64,000 nt of DNA from an uncultured delta proteobacterium (GTDB lineage: Bacteria > Myxococcota_A > Polyangia > Fen-1088). This document shows, piece after piece, positions 1 through 10,310 of the stretch. The notes below the pieces were generated by a model. That model searched no databases. It worked only from the letters and a program-made list of their open reading frames with translations, and had not been told where the DNA came from. The DNA lies in contig CAVWIP010000008.1 in NCBI GenBank assembly GCA_963755125.1, positions 437,557-501,556 of the forward strand, read 5' to 3'. The translations under genes and the position numbers were made by a program. Numbering within the stretch: the stretch's first letter is position 1; every line of letters begins with the position of its first letter.

Positions 1-271
1 CCGGCTGGTTGAGCGGCAACGGCTTGTTGATGCCGACGTCTTTGATGACGATCTCTTTAGCGCAGGTCCAGTCGGTCTTGCGTGTGACCACCAGCTTCAC
101 CGCCTGATTGGCCTTCACCTTCACCTGCGCGGGCACGAAGCCCTCGCCTGTGACCTCAATGGTTACAACCTGTTCCTCGGTCTTCTTCTGCTCCTTACCT
201 TTGGCCAGCGCCGACACGCCTGAAATTGCGACTGCAACTGCGATGATCATCGAGATGGTAGCGAGCTTCAT
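1..271 (-). CDS. Cupredoxin-domain secreted protein (runs off window start)
   Basis: My translation: MKLATISMIIAVAVAISGVSALA (signal peptide) ... IEVTGEGFVPAQVKVKANQAVKLVVTRKTDWTCAKEIVIKDVGINKPLPLNQP, typical EfeO-type cupredoxin; RBS CAGGAG upstream; absent from the ORF track because it is incomplete. Confidence 0.8.
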   Translation of the reverse strand, partial: MKLATISMIIAVAVAISGVSALAKGKEQKKTEEQVVTIEVTGEGFVPAQVKVKANQAVKLVVTRKTDWTCAKEIVIKDVGINKPLPLNQP

Positions 272-312
272 TCTTGGTTCTCCTGTGTGGGCAGCGTCCT
301 TGCCTTTGACGA

Positions 313-328
313 TGCAGGCCATGTGCCA
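313..328 (-). promoter_or_regulatory. Putative sigma-54 promoter of the cupredoxin gene
   Basis: Minus strand TGGCACATGGCCTGCA fits the -24/-12 pattern GG-N10-GC, ~40 bp upstream of the ATG. Confidence 0.6.
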
Positions 329-432
329 AACTCCGAGGAGTTGATAAATCCACGTGGTTTCAGGACGACGACGGATCGCCAAGCTGGTACTGGCCGACGA
401 TCCGACGCGAAAAGCGACCTTGGCGGGTACAC

Positions 433-1040
433 TGTAACCGGCACCATTACTCGCTGCCCATCGAAGACTGGAGACGACGGCGAGGAAGCGCGGCGTTTCA
501 CCCGCGCTCGGCGCGGTTGCGGCGGGATGAGGACAGACCCCGGCGCAGCCACGGGTGGTGGCCGGCCGGGGTCGGCGTCGGCGTGGGGAATGAGTTGAGC
601 TACAGGTTCACTCGACCTCCTGGTTTGAGCGCCCGGACTTGCCGACGATCTTGATGAGCAAGCCGCGGTGGACAAGGCGGTCGGCGATAGCGGACGCAGC
701 GGCGGCATTGCTGAAGAGCTTGCCCCAGTCCTTGAAGGGCAGATTGGTAGTGACGATGGTGGCGGCCCGTTGATACCTGCGGTTGAAGACCTGGTACAAG
801 AGGTCGGCGCCGCGGGTGTCGAAGCTGAGATAGCCGAGCTCATCTACGAGGAGCAGCTCGTAGGAGGCCCAGGCGGCGAGGCGACGGTGCAGACGGTTGC
901 GGGCCTGGGCCGCGACGAGGTCGTTGACGAGGTCGGCGGCGGTAACGAAGCGGACGCGGTGACCGCGCAGGCAAGCGAGCTGGCCGATGGCGTTGGCGAG
1001 ATGGGTCTTGCCGACGCCGGAGGGCCCAATAAACACTGCG
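433..1040 (-). mobile_element. IS21-family remnant (right end plus 3' part of istB)
   Basis: istB fragment plus a TGT-initiated terminus at 433; left part missing, broken at the repeat starting at 1041. Confidence 0.7.
608..1040 (-). pseudogene. istB: IstB ATP-binding helper, N-terminally truncated
   Basis: Walker A GPSGVGKTH, Walker B LLLVDELGY, TTNLPF, AIADRLVH; residues upstream in the ORF track are unrelated repeat sequence. Confidence 0.85.
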
Positions 1041-1105
1041 CAGCTGTGAGCGAGGACCTTCAGCACATTTGTGTACGCAGTTGCGCCCCACCTAATATCA
1101 TTGAA
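1041..1105. repeat. 65-bp inverted repeat, copy 1 (partner 1374-1438)
   Basis: Reverse complement matches 1374-1438 at 57/65 positions by my alignment. Confidence 0.9.
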
Positions 1106-1373
1106 CTTTTTGGCATCCAGCCAACCACGGCGGGTGATGCTGCTGTGATGACAATGCGCGCGATCAGCGGGTTTTCGGGCTGACGAATCTGCATCGTTCC
1201 AAGACCTGTGTCGGCACATCAGAACGCGCCACACCAACTGTAATGACGCAGAGCAGATTAAGGCAGCATCCATCCCGCTGACGCGCAACGCACAGCCAGC
1301 TTGCGGGCACATGATTACTGCGACGAGTAGCCGAATCCCTATTTCCTCACCATCTCCTCCGACCCAGGAAATC

Positions 1374-1438
1374 TTCAACGATATTCGGGGGGCCGCAGTT
1401 GCATACACGAATGTGCTGAAGGTCCTCGCTCACAGCTG
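1374..1438. repeat. 65-bp inverted repeat, copy 2
   Basis: TTCAACGATATT...GTGCTGAAGGTCCTCGCTCACAGCTG; weaker partial copies near 1700-1720 and 2746-2793. Confidence 0.9.
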
Positions 1439-1441
1439 GGC

Positions 1442-1545
1442 GGTGTACACATGTGCGCCTTCGGACTTCTATGATTCGCTAGGTCATGCCTCCACCGAAA
1501 GGGTGACCTGGGAGCCCGTTTGCCCACGTTTGGAGCTGCAACCAG
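1442..1545 (+). repeat. 104-bp direct repeat, copy 1 (partner 2809-2912)
   Basis: GGTGTACAC...TTCTATGATTCGCTAGGTCATGCCTCCACCGA...TTTGGAGCTGCAACCAG present twice. Confidence 0.9.
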
Positions 1546-1775
1546 CTGCCCAACAATTCGCGTCGAAGAGGGAAGGCACGTGACAGCGCCGGAAGGGTGC
1601 GCGAAAGTGTCACTCAAACGGTTCGACTGACGTTCGCCCGGCAGCAAAAACCCAGATGATCTTGGTGAAGGCCGCTCTCGCGAACGGGATTCTCGGGAAT
1701 GTCCTCACGCACAGCTGGGCTGGCGACGCACAACGGCCCGGGCGTGCCATCCGCAAGGCCACATCTGCCCCAGGG

Positions 1776-1964
1776 CTATTCGATTTCGATCACTTCAGGT
1801 CTGCCTGGGCAACGCCAGTGAGCGGGATGCCATCGACCTCGCGGACCGTAATGACCTTCGATAAACACGCCTCCTCTACAAGGCGGCGGTCGAGTCTGAC
1901 GAACGAAACAGCCGCCCTGGATCAGTGAACACAACAACACGGACAGCAGCAATGCTCGCCTCAT
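1776..1964 (-). CDS. Small putative lipoprotein with GHY/GRW (YXWGXW-like) motif
   Basis: Signal peptide ending QGGC; strong AGGAGGAG RBS. Confidence 0.7.
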   Translation of the reverse strand: MRRALLLSVLLCSLIQGGCFVRQTRPPPCRGGVFIEGHYGPRGRWHPAHWRCPGRPEVIEIE

Positions 1965-2097
1965 GGCCCATGCTCCTCCTCGTTCGCTTGGAAGTTAGCG
2001 CGCCGATTCCTCTCGGGCAACGTCACGAAGTAGTGCATTTCTTGCGCCCCTGCCGGCGCCGCCGCGTACGTGAAGGTCCACTTGTACCGGAGTTGAT

Positions 2098-2613
2098 CTA
2101 GTGCGTATTGGCGAATCGGATGCCTTCTCGCACCTGCACGATCGCCTGTCGGATGAAGCCGAGCGCCTGAACACGGAAGCCACCCTTGTCGTGTTTGGCC
2201 TCGACGAGCTGTCGGTGCGCCTCGCGCAGAGCGATGATTCCCCTCGCCATGTGCGGCTGTCTTTCTGCCCCCGGCACGGCCTCGTCGACGGGCTCAGGCG
2301 CGGAGGGTCCCTCGATTGGTCCCACCTCGGTGGGGTGAGCTGCCGCATATTGCATTCCGGCGTTGACCGCGCCGATGGCCTGCTGAATCAGGCCAAGCGC
2401 CTTCGCACGGTGGCCGCCCTTGTTGGCCGCGGCGGCTTCAAGCTCACCCTTGGCCTGCTGCAGCGCTGCCAGCGCCGCCTGCATTTTCGGCTGTCCGTTG
2501 TCGGCAGCAACGGGCTGTGGTGGTAACAGCGGTCGGGGTTGCGGCGACGAGGCACAGCTCCCGAGGGAGAGACAGAGCGCCAACATCCAACAAGCGCTAA
2601 TCGTGGTCTTCAT
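2098..2613 (-). CDS. Lipoprotein with two tandem QPxM...KGGH/FR helical repeats
   Basis: GGAGGAG RBS before MKTTISACW; lipobox LGSC; internal duplication visible. Confidence 0.8.
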   Translation of the reverse strand: MKTTISACWMLALCLSLGSCASSPQPRPLLPPQPVAADNGQPKMQAALAALQQAKGELEAAAANKGGHRAKALGLIQQAIGAVNAGMQYAAAHPTEVGPIEGPSAPEPVDEAVPGAERQPHMARGIIALREAHRQLVEAKHDKGGFRVQALGFIRQAIVQVREGIRFANTH

Positions 2614-2808
2614 GGCTCCTCCGTTCATGGTGGCCAGGATAGCACGCCGACTTGCACTCGCTCTTCTTCAACAGAGCAGCCCGGTGGATAGCGATCGCCT
2701 CAAAGCGCGCGATGACGATCACGGGTAACACAGATGCGAGCGAAGACATTCCTACGACTTCTGTGCGCAAGAGCAGCCTCCCCGATATCATTTAGGTTTT
2801 CGTCGGCG

Positions 2809-2912
2809 GGTGTACACGGGTGCGCGCTCGGATTTCTATGATTCGCTAGGTCATGCCTCCACCGACAGGGTGACCTGGAAGCCCGCTTGCCCACGTTTGG
2901 AGCTGCAACCAG
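2809..2912 (+). repeat. 104-bp direct repeat, copy 2
   Basis: Near-identical to 1442-1545. Confidence 0.9.
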
Positions 2913-3493
2913 ATAGCCGACTACAACGATCGGATACCCACCCTAGCCGCGCCAGATCATCCTGGGCAGGTGCCCACCCATTACCTGGCAATGTGACCAT
3001 GCGCTGCGGAACACCTGGCACCCCGATCCGTTGGCCAGACACATTTTGCCGTTCAGGTGGCGGGAGAAGTCCGAGCTGCCACTGGTGGCCGTCTACATAG
3101 CTCCGCCCGCGGCCGTGGACGACGTTCCGCCGGAGCCGCCTGTCGATCCGGTGGCGCTGACGGTAAGTATCTGACGGGTTCATGTTCAAGAGTGTCTTGT
3201 TTTAACCACACGATCACATCCACATGGGGCTAAGGCGAGCGTGTTAGGGTAGCAACGAAGGACACCGAGGGAATGTCGGACAGAAAGCAGCATTCGCTTC
3301 CCTCGGCGTCGATGGCAAGAATATCCCCCTGCTGCTTCAGCGTGCCGGTGTCGAAGTAGTCGAACGAGCCTGGGCCACTTGCCGGGCACTGCTGCTTCGG
3401 ATCCGGCTTCAGGCTCCAGACCCCATTGGCTGCGATTTCGTACTTAAACTCGCAGTTTACGTACCCAACGACGCCGATGGTCGTGCCTCGCCG

Positions 3494-3742
3494 CACATCG
3501 AGCGGTTCAACCGCACGCTGCGCGAGGAAGCGCTCAACCACTTCATCTTCCTCGACGCGAAGCACGTCCTGCGCGTGTGCCGGGAGTACGTGGAGTTCTA
3601 CAATCGTGCGCGGCCATCACAGGCGTTGCATGCGATACCGGAGCCGTACCCGGAGCTGATCACACCGCCACGAAGGAGCGGCGATCTGATCGCGCTGCCC
3701 GTGCTTGGCGGAGTACAGCACGACTACCGCCTGGCGGCGTGA
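3494..3742 (+). pseudogene. rve integrase-core transposase, C-terminal fragment
   Basis: HIERFNRTLREEALNHFIFL...[15 protein letters not shown]...[14 protein letters not shown]. Confidence 0.8.
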
Positions 3743-3922
3743 ACGACCCAGCTGGGCAGTGCCTGATGGACGCGCCTGCTGGGCGGACAAGTCCGCGCGA
3801 CGTGCCGAAGCGTCTTGATCCGTTCCGGCCAGAGCGCAACCGGGGTCATCGGCACCGCCCTGGCCGGCGAGGTCACCATTGCTCGTCTGCCCGTTTCGGG
3901 CGCGGCATCGGATTCTCGCGGA
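3565..3922 (+). repeat. 358-bp direct repeat (IS-like right end), copy 1 (partner 15113-15470)
   Basis: Near-identical sequence at a constant offset of 11548 bp. Confidence 0.92.
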
Positions 3923-5200
3923 GTACGCTCCGGTAGCTACTTTGCTGCTTCGCAAATCCTCCGATACTTGTCCACTGCCGCGCCCATGCCAGGTTTGTTC
4001 TGAAAGGCGACGTCCTTGTAAAGCGTCGCACAGGATGAATGCGTTTCCTTCAACGCCCGCCACTCCCTCCAAAGCCGGTCGTATGCCGCGATGGCAGCAG
4101 ACAGCTTCTGGCAATCATACTTCCCGGTCTTGTCACCCGTCGCGCCAGAACACAAGATTACCCATGCCTGTTCGAACAGAGAATACTTGATCCGCCCGTA
4201 AGCTGCGGATGTGACGACAAAGTCCGTCGTCTGCGCATCGGGAAACTTGATCGTCTGCGCCAGCGTTTCGATTCTGCTCCACATTCTTACGGCTTCGGCT
4301 TTCTCCGCGAGCGCTTCCTTCACCAGATTGTTGCTCAAGAAAGACTCCAGGTTCGGCTTACCGATGAAATCGTCGCGCGTCCACCAAAGGTCCACCGAAC
4401 CCTTGAGGCTGCACTGGCCGCGCAGCACGGCGGCGGCTGACAGGAGGCTGATCTCGCGAAAGCGCGCGACGTCGCCGCCTTTCAATCCAACTTCCTGTGT
4501 TGCGAACTCATCGAAGATGGCCCGCTCGGTGCGCTTCGGATTTTCCGCAAATTTTGCGATGACATAGGCGTTGAGCGCACACCAGAGTTCGTTGCTGATG
4601 TATGGCCCTTCCCAACCCCCGCCGCGCGACCACGTCCACACGCCCGCGAAATTGCTGTTGTTCACGATGTCGCGTAGACCCTTCGGCTGTCCGGGCTGCA
4701 TGAGGGTTGCGTATTCCTCCCAGCCGTTGATGACACCGTCGCCGATGTAAAACGGATGTGCACCCTTGCCATACGCCTCGCGCTGGCATTGTACCTCGAC
4801 GATCTGCCGGTGCTTGCCAAGGCCAAGCGTAGGATTGAACGGCGTCATCCGCAGAAAATCTCCGGCCTGATGTTTGATGGAGAAAACCAAATCTGGATGC
4901 GGTTCAATCGCGTCCGTGACTTTCAGATAGTATTCGGGGTTGACGTGAAAGCCATTTCCGAAATCCCACGTGCGATAGAAGACCATCTTGCTACGCTTCC
5001 CGCAGACCTCATCGCGAAGGATTCTTAGCAGCGCAATGTGGCTCTCCGGCCCACGCACGACCGCCGTGTTGGCCTGGACCAGGTTCTCATTCTCGTTGCC
5101 ACTCGCCGCGTGATAGGGGGTGTCGTGCAAATAGATTTCGCCCGTGCGGACCACGATGCCGTCGAGCGATGGAGTTGACCCGATTTGGTGGACGGTTTCG

Positions 5201-6085
5201 TTACGCAGCTTTCTTACCAGCTTTCTTCACTGAGTGCATCAGCTCAAATTCGATTGGGCTGTTGTAATTGAGCGCCGAATGACGGCGGCAAGGATTGTAG
5301 AAGCCTTCGATGTACTCGCCAATCGAGAGGTTAGCTGCCTCCCAGCTTTCGAGATCGTCGATGTCTTCCAACTCGCGCTTGAGGGTCGCGAAGAAACTCT
5401 CGGCCACGGCATTATCCCAGCAGTCTCCCTTCCGGCTCATGCTGCATTCTATGCTTCCGGCTTCCAAGGCTTTGCGGTAGTCGTCGCTCGCGTACGTGCT
5501 GCCTCGATCTGAGTGGTGAACCAGGCCGCTGCCGGGCTGGCGTTGGCACAAGGCCATGGCCAGTGCCGCGAGCGCGAGGTGGCGATCGACATTCCGACTG
5601 GTCGCCCAGCCGACAACCCGCCTGGAAAACAGGTCGAGAATCACCGCGAGGTACAGCCAGCCTTGCTGCGTCCACAGAAACGTGATGTCAGTGACCCACG
5701 ACTGGTTTGGACGAAGCGCGGTGAAGTTGCGCTCCAGCACATTCGGCGCGATGGGGAAGCTGTGCTTCGAGTCGGTGGTCGTGCGAAAACGATGACGACA
5801 GCGCGCCACCAGCTTGTTTTCGCGCATCAGCCTGGCCACCCGCTTGCAACCCACCCGATCCCCGGAAGCTTTGAGGTCGGCATGAACACGGGGACTGCCG
5901 TATCGTCGCCGGCTCCCGTGATGAATCGCGGCTATCCGCTCGGACAGATCCTGGTCACGGCGTGCGTGCAACGAGGCGGGCCGTCCCTGGCTGGCGTAGT
6001 AGCCACTGGGCGAAACGGCCAAGACACGGCAGAGGACCGCGACGGGGAAGGCCACCTTCTCCTCGGAGATGAACGCAAACCTCAC
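5201..6085 (-). CDS. IS3 transposase OrfB (DDE)
   Basis: WVTDIT, HHSDRGSTY, CWDNAVAESFF. Confidence 0.95.
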   Translation of the reverse strand: MRFAFISEEKVAFPVAVLCRVLAVSPSGYYASQGRPASLHARRDQDLSERIAAIHHGSRRRYGSPRVHADLKASGDRVGCKRVARLMRENKLVARCRHRFRTTTDSKHSFPIAPNVLERNFTALRPNQSWVTDITFLWTQQGWLYLAVILDLFSRRVVGWATSRNVDRHLALAALAMALCQRQPGSGLVHHSDRGSTYASDDYRKALEAGSIECSMSRKGDCWDNAVAESFFATLKRELEDIDDLESWEAANLSIGEYIEGFYNPCRRHSALNYNSPIEFELMHSVKKAGKKAA

Positions 6086-6387
6086 GCGCTCTCCTTGGCG
6101 AAGAAGGTGGCCGCCCTTTTTAAAATCTCACGCTCCATGCGGAGGACTTTCACCTCGCGACGCAGATGCGAAAGTTCTTCCTTCTCGGCGGTCGTCAGGG
6201 CGCCAGCAGGGCCCTTGCCCTCGTCTACCCTCGACTGCCGATCCCACTGGTACACCAGGCTGCTTGCCACCCTGAAGTCCTTTGCTACCTGCGCGACGCT
6301 GCGTCCTGCACGGACGAGCGCCACCAAGTCTGCCTTGAACTCGCGCGTGTGCATGCGCCGGGATCGCTTCTTCTCTTTGTCCAACAT
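6082..6387 (-). CDS. IS3 transposase OrfA (HTH)
   Basis: HTREFK...LRMEREILKRAATFFAKE; GTGA overlap with orfB. Confidence 0.95.
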   Translation of the reverse strand: MLDKEKKRSRRMHTREFKADLVALVRAGRSVAQVAKDFRVASSLVYQWDRQSRVDEGKGPAGALTTAEKEELSHLRREVKVLRMEREILKRAATFFAKESA

Positions 6388-7183
6388 GTGGTCACCTTTC
6401 TACGCCCATTTTCCTGAGCGAGGGTGTCCACCAAACCGGGTCAAGTCCACGACGGGCATCGGTCGAACAGCTCCGCGACTTGCGCGCGCAGAATCTTCTG
6501 CGTCATCGGCCGCTCCACAACGATGCGCCCCTGCCCGTCGCAGATTTCGTTCCTGAAGTGCGCGACCAGCGCTTTGGGCAGCACGCTGAATTGCATCCAC
6601 GCGTACGCCTTGATGCCAGCGGCGTGGGCCCGCGCCGCCAGTTTTTCGAGTTTCTGCGCGTGCTCTTCGATCCACAGGCGCGCGTCGCCATTTTTCGGCA
6701 AGATGTCCGGCGCAAGCGCGTCAAACGTCTCGCACGCCTCCGCTTCGGCCAGCAGCACCTGCCCGTTGTAACCCCACTCCGCCAGCTTGCGCGGGTCGCG
6801 GAAGGAACTGGGCTGGGGCGACTCGCCCGGATTGTTGTGAACCATGTCCAGGACGAAGCGCGCAGGAAGATGCGTGTTCAATTCGGCCGCAATGGAAATA
6901 GAGCTGGGGACAACACTTCCCACGAGCAGGATCACGGAAACTGCGGTCCGATCGAACTTCAGAGAAGAATCCGGGTTCACGCCCCTGCTTTTATCACGAC
7001 TGTGCGCGGGGACATTCCCAAGTCTTCTGTCCGCAGCCACGGCGTGCTGAATATCAGCGCTGACGTAGATGGCTCTCAAGCATGGTGACCACGCTGCGCA
7101 GATTGGCGTCTTGGGCGAGCAGGCCATCGATCTTCTTGACGGCACTGATGACGGTTGAGTGATCCTTGCCACCAAAGCGGTGG

Positions 7184-7310
7184 CAGCCCCATCCACACGA
7201 CTTGATCGAAGCGTCCTGGCCGGCGCAGGGCTGGGTCGACGTGCTCGGGGCGGTTGGTGGTGGCCAGCACGAGTATCTGGCCCCGCGCCTTGATGCCGTC
7301 GAGCAAGCGA
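7184..7310 (-). pseudogene. AAA+ ATPase fragment (second region of homology)
   Basis: [42 protein letters not shown]; 54 bp of it recur at 8168-8221. Confidence 0.75.
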
Positions 7311-7350
7311 CATACCCCCGCGTCCCGGGTCCCTGCTAGATTGCTTGCCC

Positions 7351-8160
7351 ATGACGTCGCTCGATTACGTGCATGGCTACACCGAGGAAGAGGCCACACG
7401 CCTGGCGGATCAGGCGGGCACACTGGCGGATCTGCTTCACCACGATACTCACTATCCGGCGGGCAGCCGGGTGCTGGAGGCTGGGTGTGGGGTCGGGGCG
7501 CAGACGCGCGTCCTGGCGCGGCGAAGTCCGGCGGCGCACTTTGTCAGCGTGGACGTGTCCGCACAGTCGCTGGCACTGGCGCGCCCGGCGTTCGAACGCG
7601 AGGGGCCTGGCAACGTGGAGTTCAAGCAGGCGGATCTCTTTGCCTTGCCTTTTCCCGAGGCCAGTTTCGATCACGTGTTCGTGTGCTTCGTGCTCGAGCA
7701 CCTGCGCCGGCCCGAGGAGGCTCTGTGCGCGCTTGTGCGCGTGCTGCGACCGAGCGGCTCGCTCACCGTCATCGAGGGCGATCACGGCTCGGCGTTTTTC
7801 CATCCGCAGAGCCCGCGCGCCGCGCGCACGATCGAGTGCTTGAATCAAGCGCAAGCGGCTGCAGGCGGGAATTCGCTGATCGGACGGCGGCTATATCCGC
7901 TGCTGCGATCACTGGGGCTGGACGACGTGCAGGTGTCACCGCGCTTCGTGTACGCCGACGCTAGCCGTCCGGGTTGGGTAGACGGCTTCACCCGCAAGAC
8001 CTTCATCGCCATGGTCGAGGGCGCGGCCGAGCCAGCCCTGCGCCTAGGCCTCATCGACAAAGTGGCCTGGGACCAGGGCATCGCCGATCTGAAACGCAGT
8101 GCTGAGGATGACGGCACGTTCTGCTATACATTCTTCAAGGCCGTGGCGCATAAGCCGTAG
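7351..8160 (+). CDS. Class I SAM-dependent methyltransferase
   Basis: VLEAGCGVG motif [20 protein letters not shown]. Confidence 0.92.
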   Translation: MTSLDYVHGYTEEEATRLADQAGTLADLLHHDTHYPAGSRVLEAGCGVGAQTRVLARRSPAAHFVSVDVSAQSLALARPAFEREGPGNVEFKQADLFALPFPEASFDHVFVCFVLEHLRRPEEALCALVRVLRPSGSLTVIEGDHGSAFFHPQSPRAARTIECLNQAQAAAGGNSLIGRRLYPLLRSLGLDDVQVSPRFVYADASRPGWVDGFTRKTFIAMVEGAAEPALRLGLIDKVAWDQGIADLKRSAEDDGTFCYTFFKAVAHKP

Positions 8161-8549
8161 CGGCCAACAGCCCCATCCACACGACTTGGTCGAAGCGACC
8201 TGGGCGGCGCAGAGCCGGGTCCCCACCACTTTCTCCGCCACCACCGTCACGCTGGATGCTGGTGCCGGTTGGAGCTGACCAACCTGATCTATTTGGGCCC
8301 TAGCATCTACGCCTGCGTCCTGGCGGCCAAGGGACGCGTTCACTACTTTCTTGTATTCGGACGCTGGGCCTACGCGCGCTACTACGGCGTACTCCGCGAG
8401 AACCCGATGGGGTTTCGGCCTGAAGTCGCATCTGCCCCGGGTATGGCTTTTCGGATTTGGTGGGTTTACGATCATCGCGTCTCGGGTGCGACCTGGACGC
8501 GATGCCTCGCGTGTACGGACGAACCCGAAGAGAACCAAAGGAGAGCACT

Positions 8550-9578
8550 ATGAAACGAATAGTTGGGTTCTGGTCTGCACTGACTCTGGCCGTTTGTGTT
8601 CACAGTGGCTGTGGAGCCAATAATTCCAGCAACGCCAGCGCGGGAGAGGCGCCCGATGGGCAGGGCTCTGAGATCGCAACCAGCGTGGTCAGCGGCGCCC
8701 TGAACAACACCGAAGGCTCGGCCTTGGGCTGGAACGGCCCACGCCTGCGAATGAAGCAGGCCACCTTCGAGCGCGTCCTTGAGGTGTTAAATCCGGTGGG
8801 TGTGGCCTGGGCGGCTGCCTGGACCTGCACCGGCGGAACCCTGACCCCGGCCTTTGCCGGTCCAGCCAGCGATCCGTACGCGTACGCGCCGGTGAGCTGC
8901 AACGTGACCTGGAAGAGTGGAAAGACCGCCTCGTCAACCTGGGATGGGACCTTCACGCTGAACTACGGTTCGAACTGCGACGGCGTTCACCCGTTCATCG
9001 GACACCAAGCGGCGAACTGCTCGCTTACGCGAACGACCGTGCCCGGTGGCACCACGCGCACGATCACCGGACCTGATGGCAACTCACTCGCCATCACGCA
9101 CGACACAAACGGGCTGAACAGCGGCTACGATACGACGGTTTCGCCTGCGCCGAACGACAACGGCGTGGTCGTAACCTGTGGCGCCAGTGGCTGTGACACC
9201 GACGGAACCCTGGTCATCAACGGTAGTCATATCACCGGCACCGTGACGGCTGCCGCAGGCGGGAGTGCCAAGCTCTGGGATCACACGGTCACCGGCACTG
9301 TCGACGTGGCTGGCACCGGCACTGGTCGTGTGGTCACTGGGACGGTGACGGTCGAGCACAACCTCGTGAGCCGCACCACCAGCACGACGTTCAACGGCGT
9401 GACCTACGGCGATGCCCTGTGCTGCTTCCCCACGGCGGGCAGCGTGACCACGACCAAGCAGAACGGCCCGCATGTAGGCAAGACCGAGATGCTCACCTTC
9501 AGCAGCGTGTGTGGCGAAGCCACGCTAACCACGTATAGCGGCAGCATCGTGGCGTTGACGCTCGAACATTGCATCTAG
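8550..9578 (+). CDS. Thr/Gly-rich beta-strand lipoprotein
   Basis: AAGGAG RBS, MKRIVGFW...HSGC lipobox. Confidence 0.8.
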   Translation: MKRIVGFWSALTLAVCVHSGCGANNSSNASAGEAPDGQGSEIATSVVSGALNNTEGSALGWNGPRLRMKQATFERVLEVLNPVGVAWAAAWTCTGGTLTPAFAGPASDPYAYAPVSCNVTWKSGKTASSTWDGTFTLNYGSNCDGVHPFIGHQAANCSLTRTTVPGGTTRTITGPDGNSLAITHDTNGLNSGYDTTVSPAPNDNGVVVTCGASGCDTDGTLVINGSHITGTVTAAAGGSAKLWDHTVTGTVDVAGTGTGRVVTGTVTVEHNLVSRTTSTTFNGVTYGDALCCFPTAGSVTTTKQNGPHVGKTEMLTFSSVCGEATLTTYSGSIVALTLEHCI

Positions 9579-9699
9579 TCCCCCTGCTCGCCAGGCGAGT
9601 GAGCGGCCAGAACCGCCGCGCAACAGTGCAACACGCTCATCGCGTGGAAGGCTGCGCCCTTTCCGGTACGCAACGAGATACTGACATGAGGCGGTCAAC

Positions 9700-10098
9700 A
9701 TGACTCAAGCTGCTCAGAATCCGTGTTGGGTCCGAATTGGCGTGGGCATCTTATCGGCCATCGCTTTGGACGCCTGCTCAGGAGGCAACGGAACAGCGAG
9801 TTCCGGTGGAAGCACGAGCCCAGCTACTGCCGGGTCAGGAGGCGTCGCCGGCGCGGCCCAGGGAGGTGCGGTTGGCTCGGGTGGGTCCAACGTTGGAGGT
9901 GGCGGAAGTGCCGGAGGCACTGTCAGCGTGGGTGGGACCACGAGCACTGGCGGTACCACGAACGCCGGTGGCTCCAGGTCGACTGGTGGCACCACCGGCA
10001 TCGGTGGATCTACAGCTACTGGCGGCACGACCAAAGCGCATCGAACACCAGCGCTAGCGGCACCAGTGCAGCATTCCGCCGGCGGCAACGATCTTTGA
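9700..10098 (+). pseudogene. Gly-rich lipoprotein N-terminus, apparently truncated
   Basis: LDAC lipobox then GGTT repeats, with no folded domain following. Confidence 0.55.
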
Positions 10099-10310
10099 AA
10101 TCTCCACGCTCACGTGCGGCGTTGCTGGGCGACGACAGGTGGGATCTGTCACGCGGAGCCGGTTTCTCGCGAAAAAGAGGGTGCTCACGCCCAATGCCCA
10201 CCGTCCTCAAGTTGCGTGGGCACTACAGGTCGACGCGCTGCTCTTCTCCGGTGGGCACATGCCCAGGATGATCTGGCGCTGCTAGGGTGGATATCCGATC
10301 TCTTCCTCGG

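Larger units (their letters stand above)
5170..6449 (-). mobile_element. Complete IS3-family element, 1280 bp
   Basis: Terminal IRs TGGAGTTGACCCGATTTGGTGGAC / TGGACTTGACCCGGTTTGGTGGAC (22/24); 3-bp target duplication CGA at 5167-5169 and 6450-6452. Confidence 0.95.
3937..6980 (-). pseudogene. Secreted glycoside-hydrolase-like protein (~586 aa) interrupted by IS3
   Basis: Removing the IS and one CGA restores the frame ...ELFDRCPS|LDGIVVRTGE...; motifs LDMVHNNPGE, FSIKH, WTWSRGGGWEGP; the family call is tentative. Confidence 0.8.

Noticed and set aside
608..1408. Full-length 266-aa IstB
   Set aside because: The N-terminal ~120 aa are translated repeat DNA; only the part from Walker A onward is IstB
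1579..1614. Hairpin GTGACA...TGTCAC as a riboswitch
   Set aside because: No riboswitch consensus recognised and no downstream gene in a suitable position
6082..6130. Programmed -1 frameshift in the IS3
   Set aside because: No clear slippery A-run at the orfA/orfB junction; the GTGA overlap points to translational coupling
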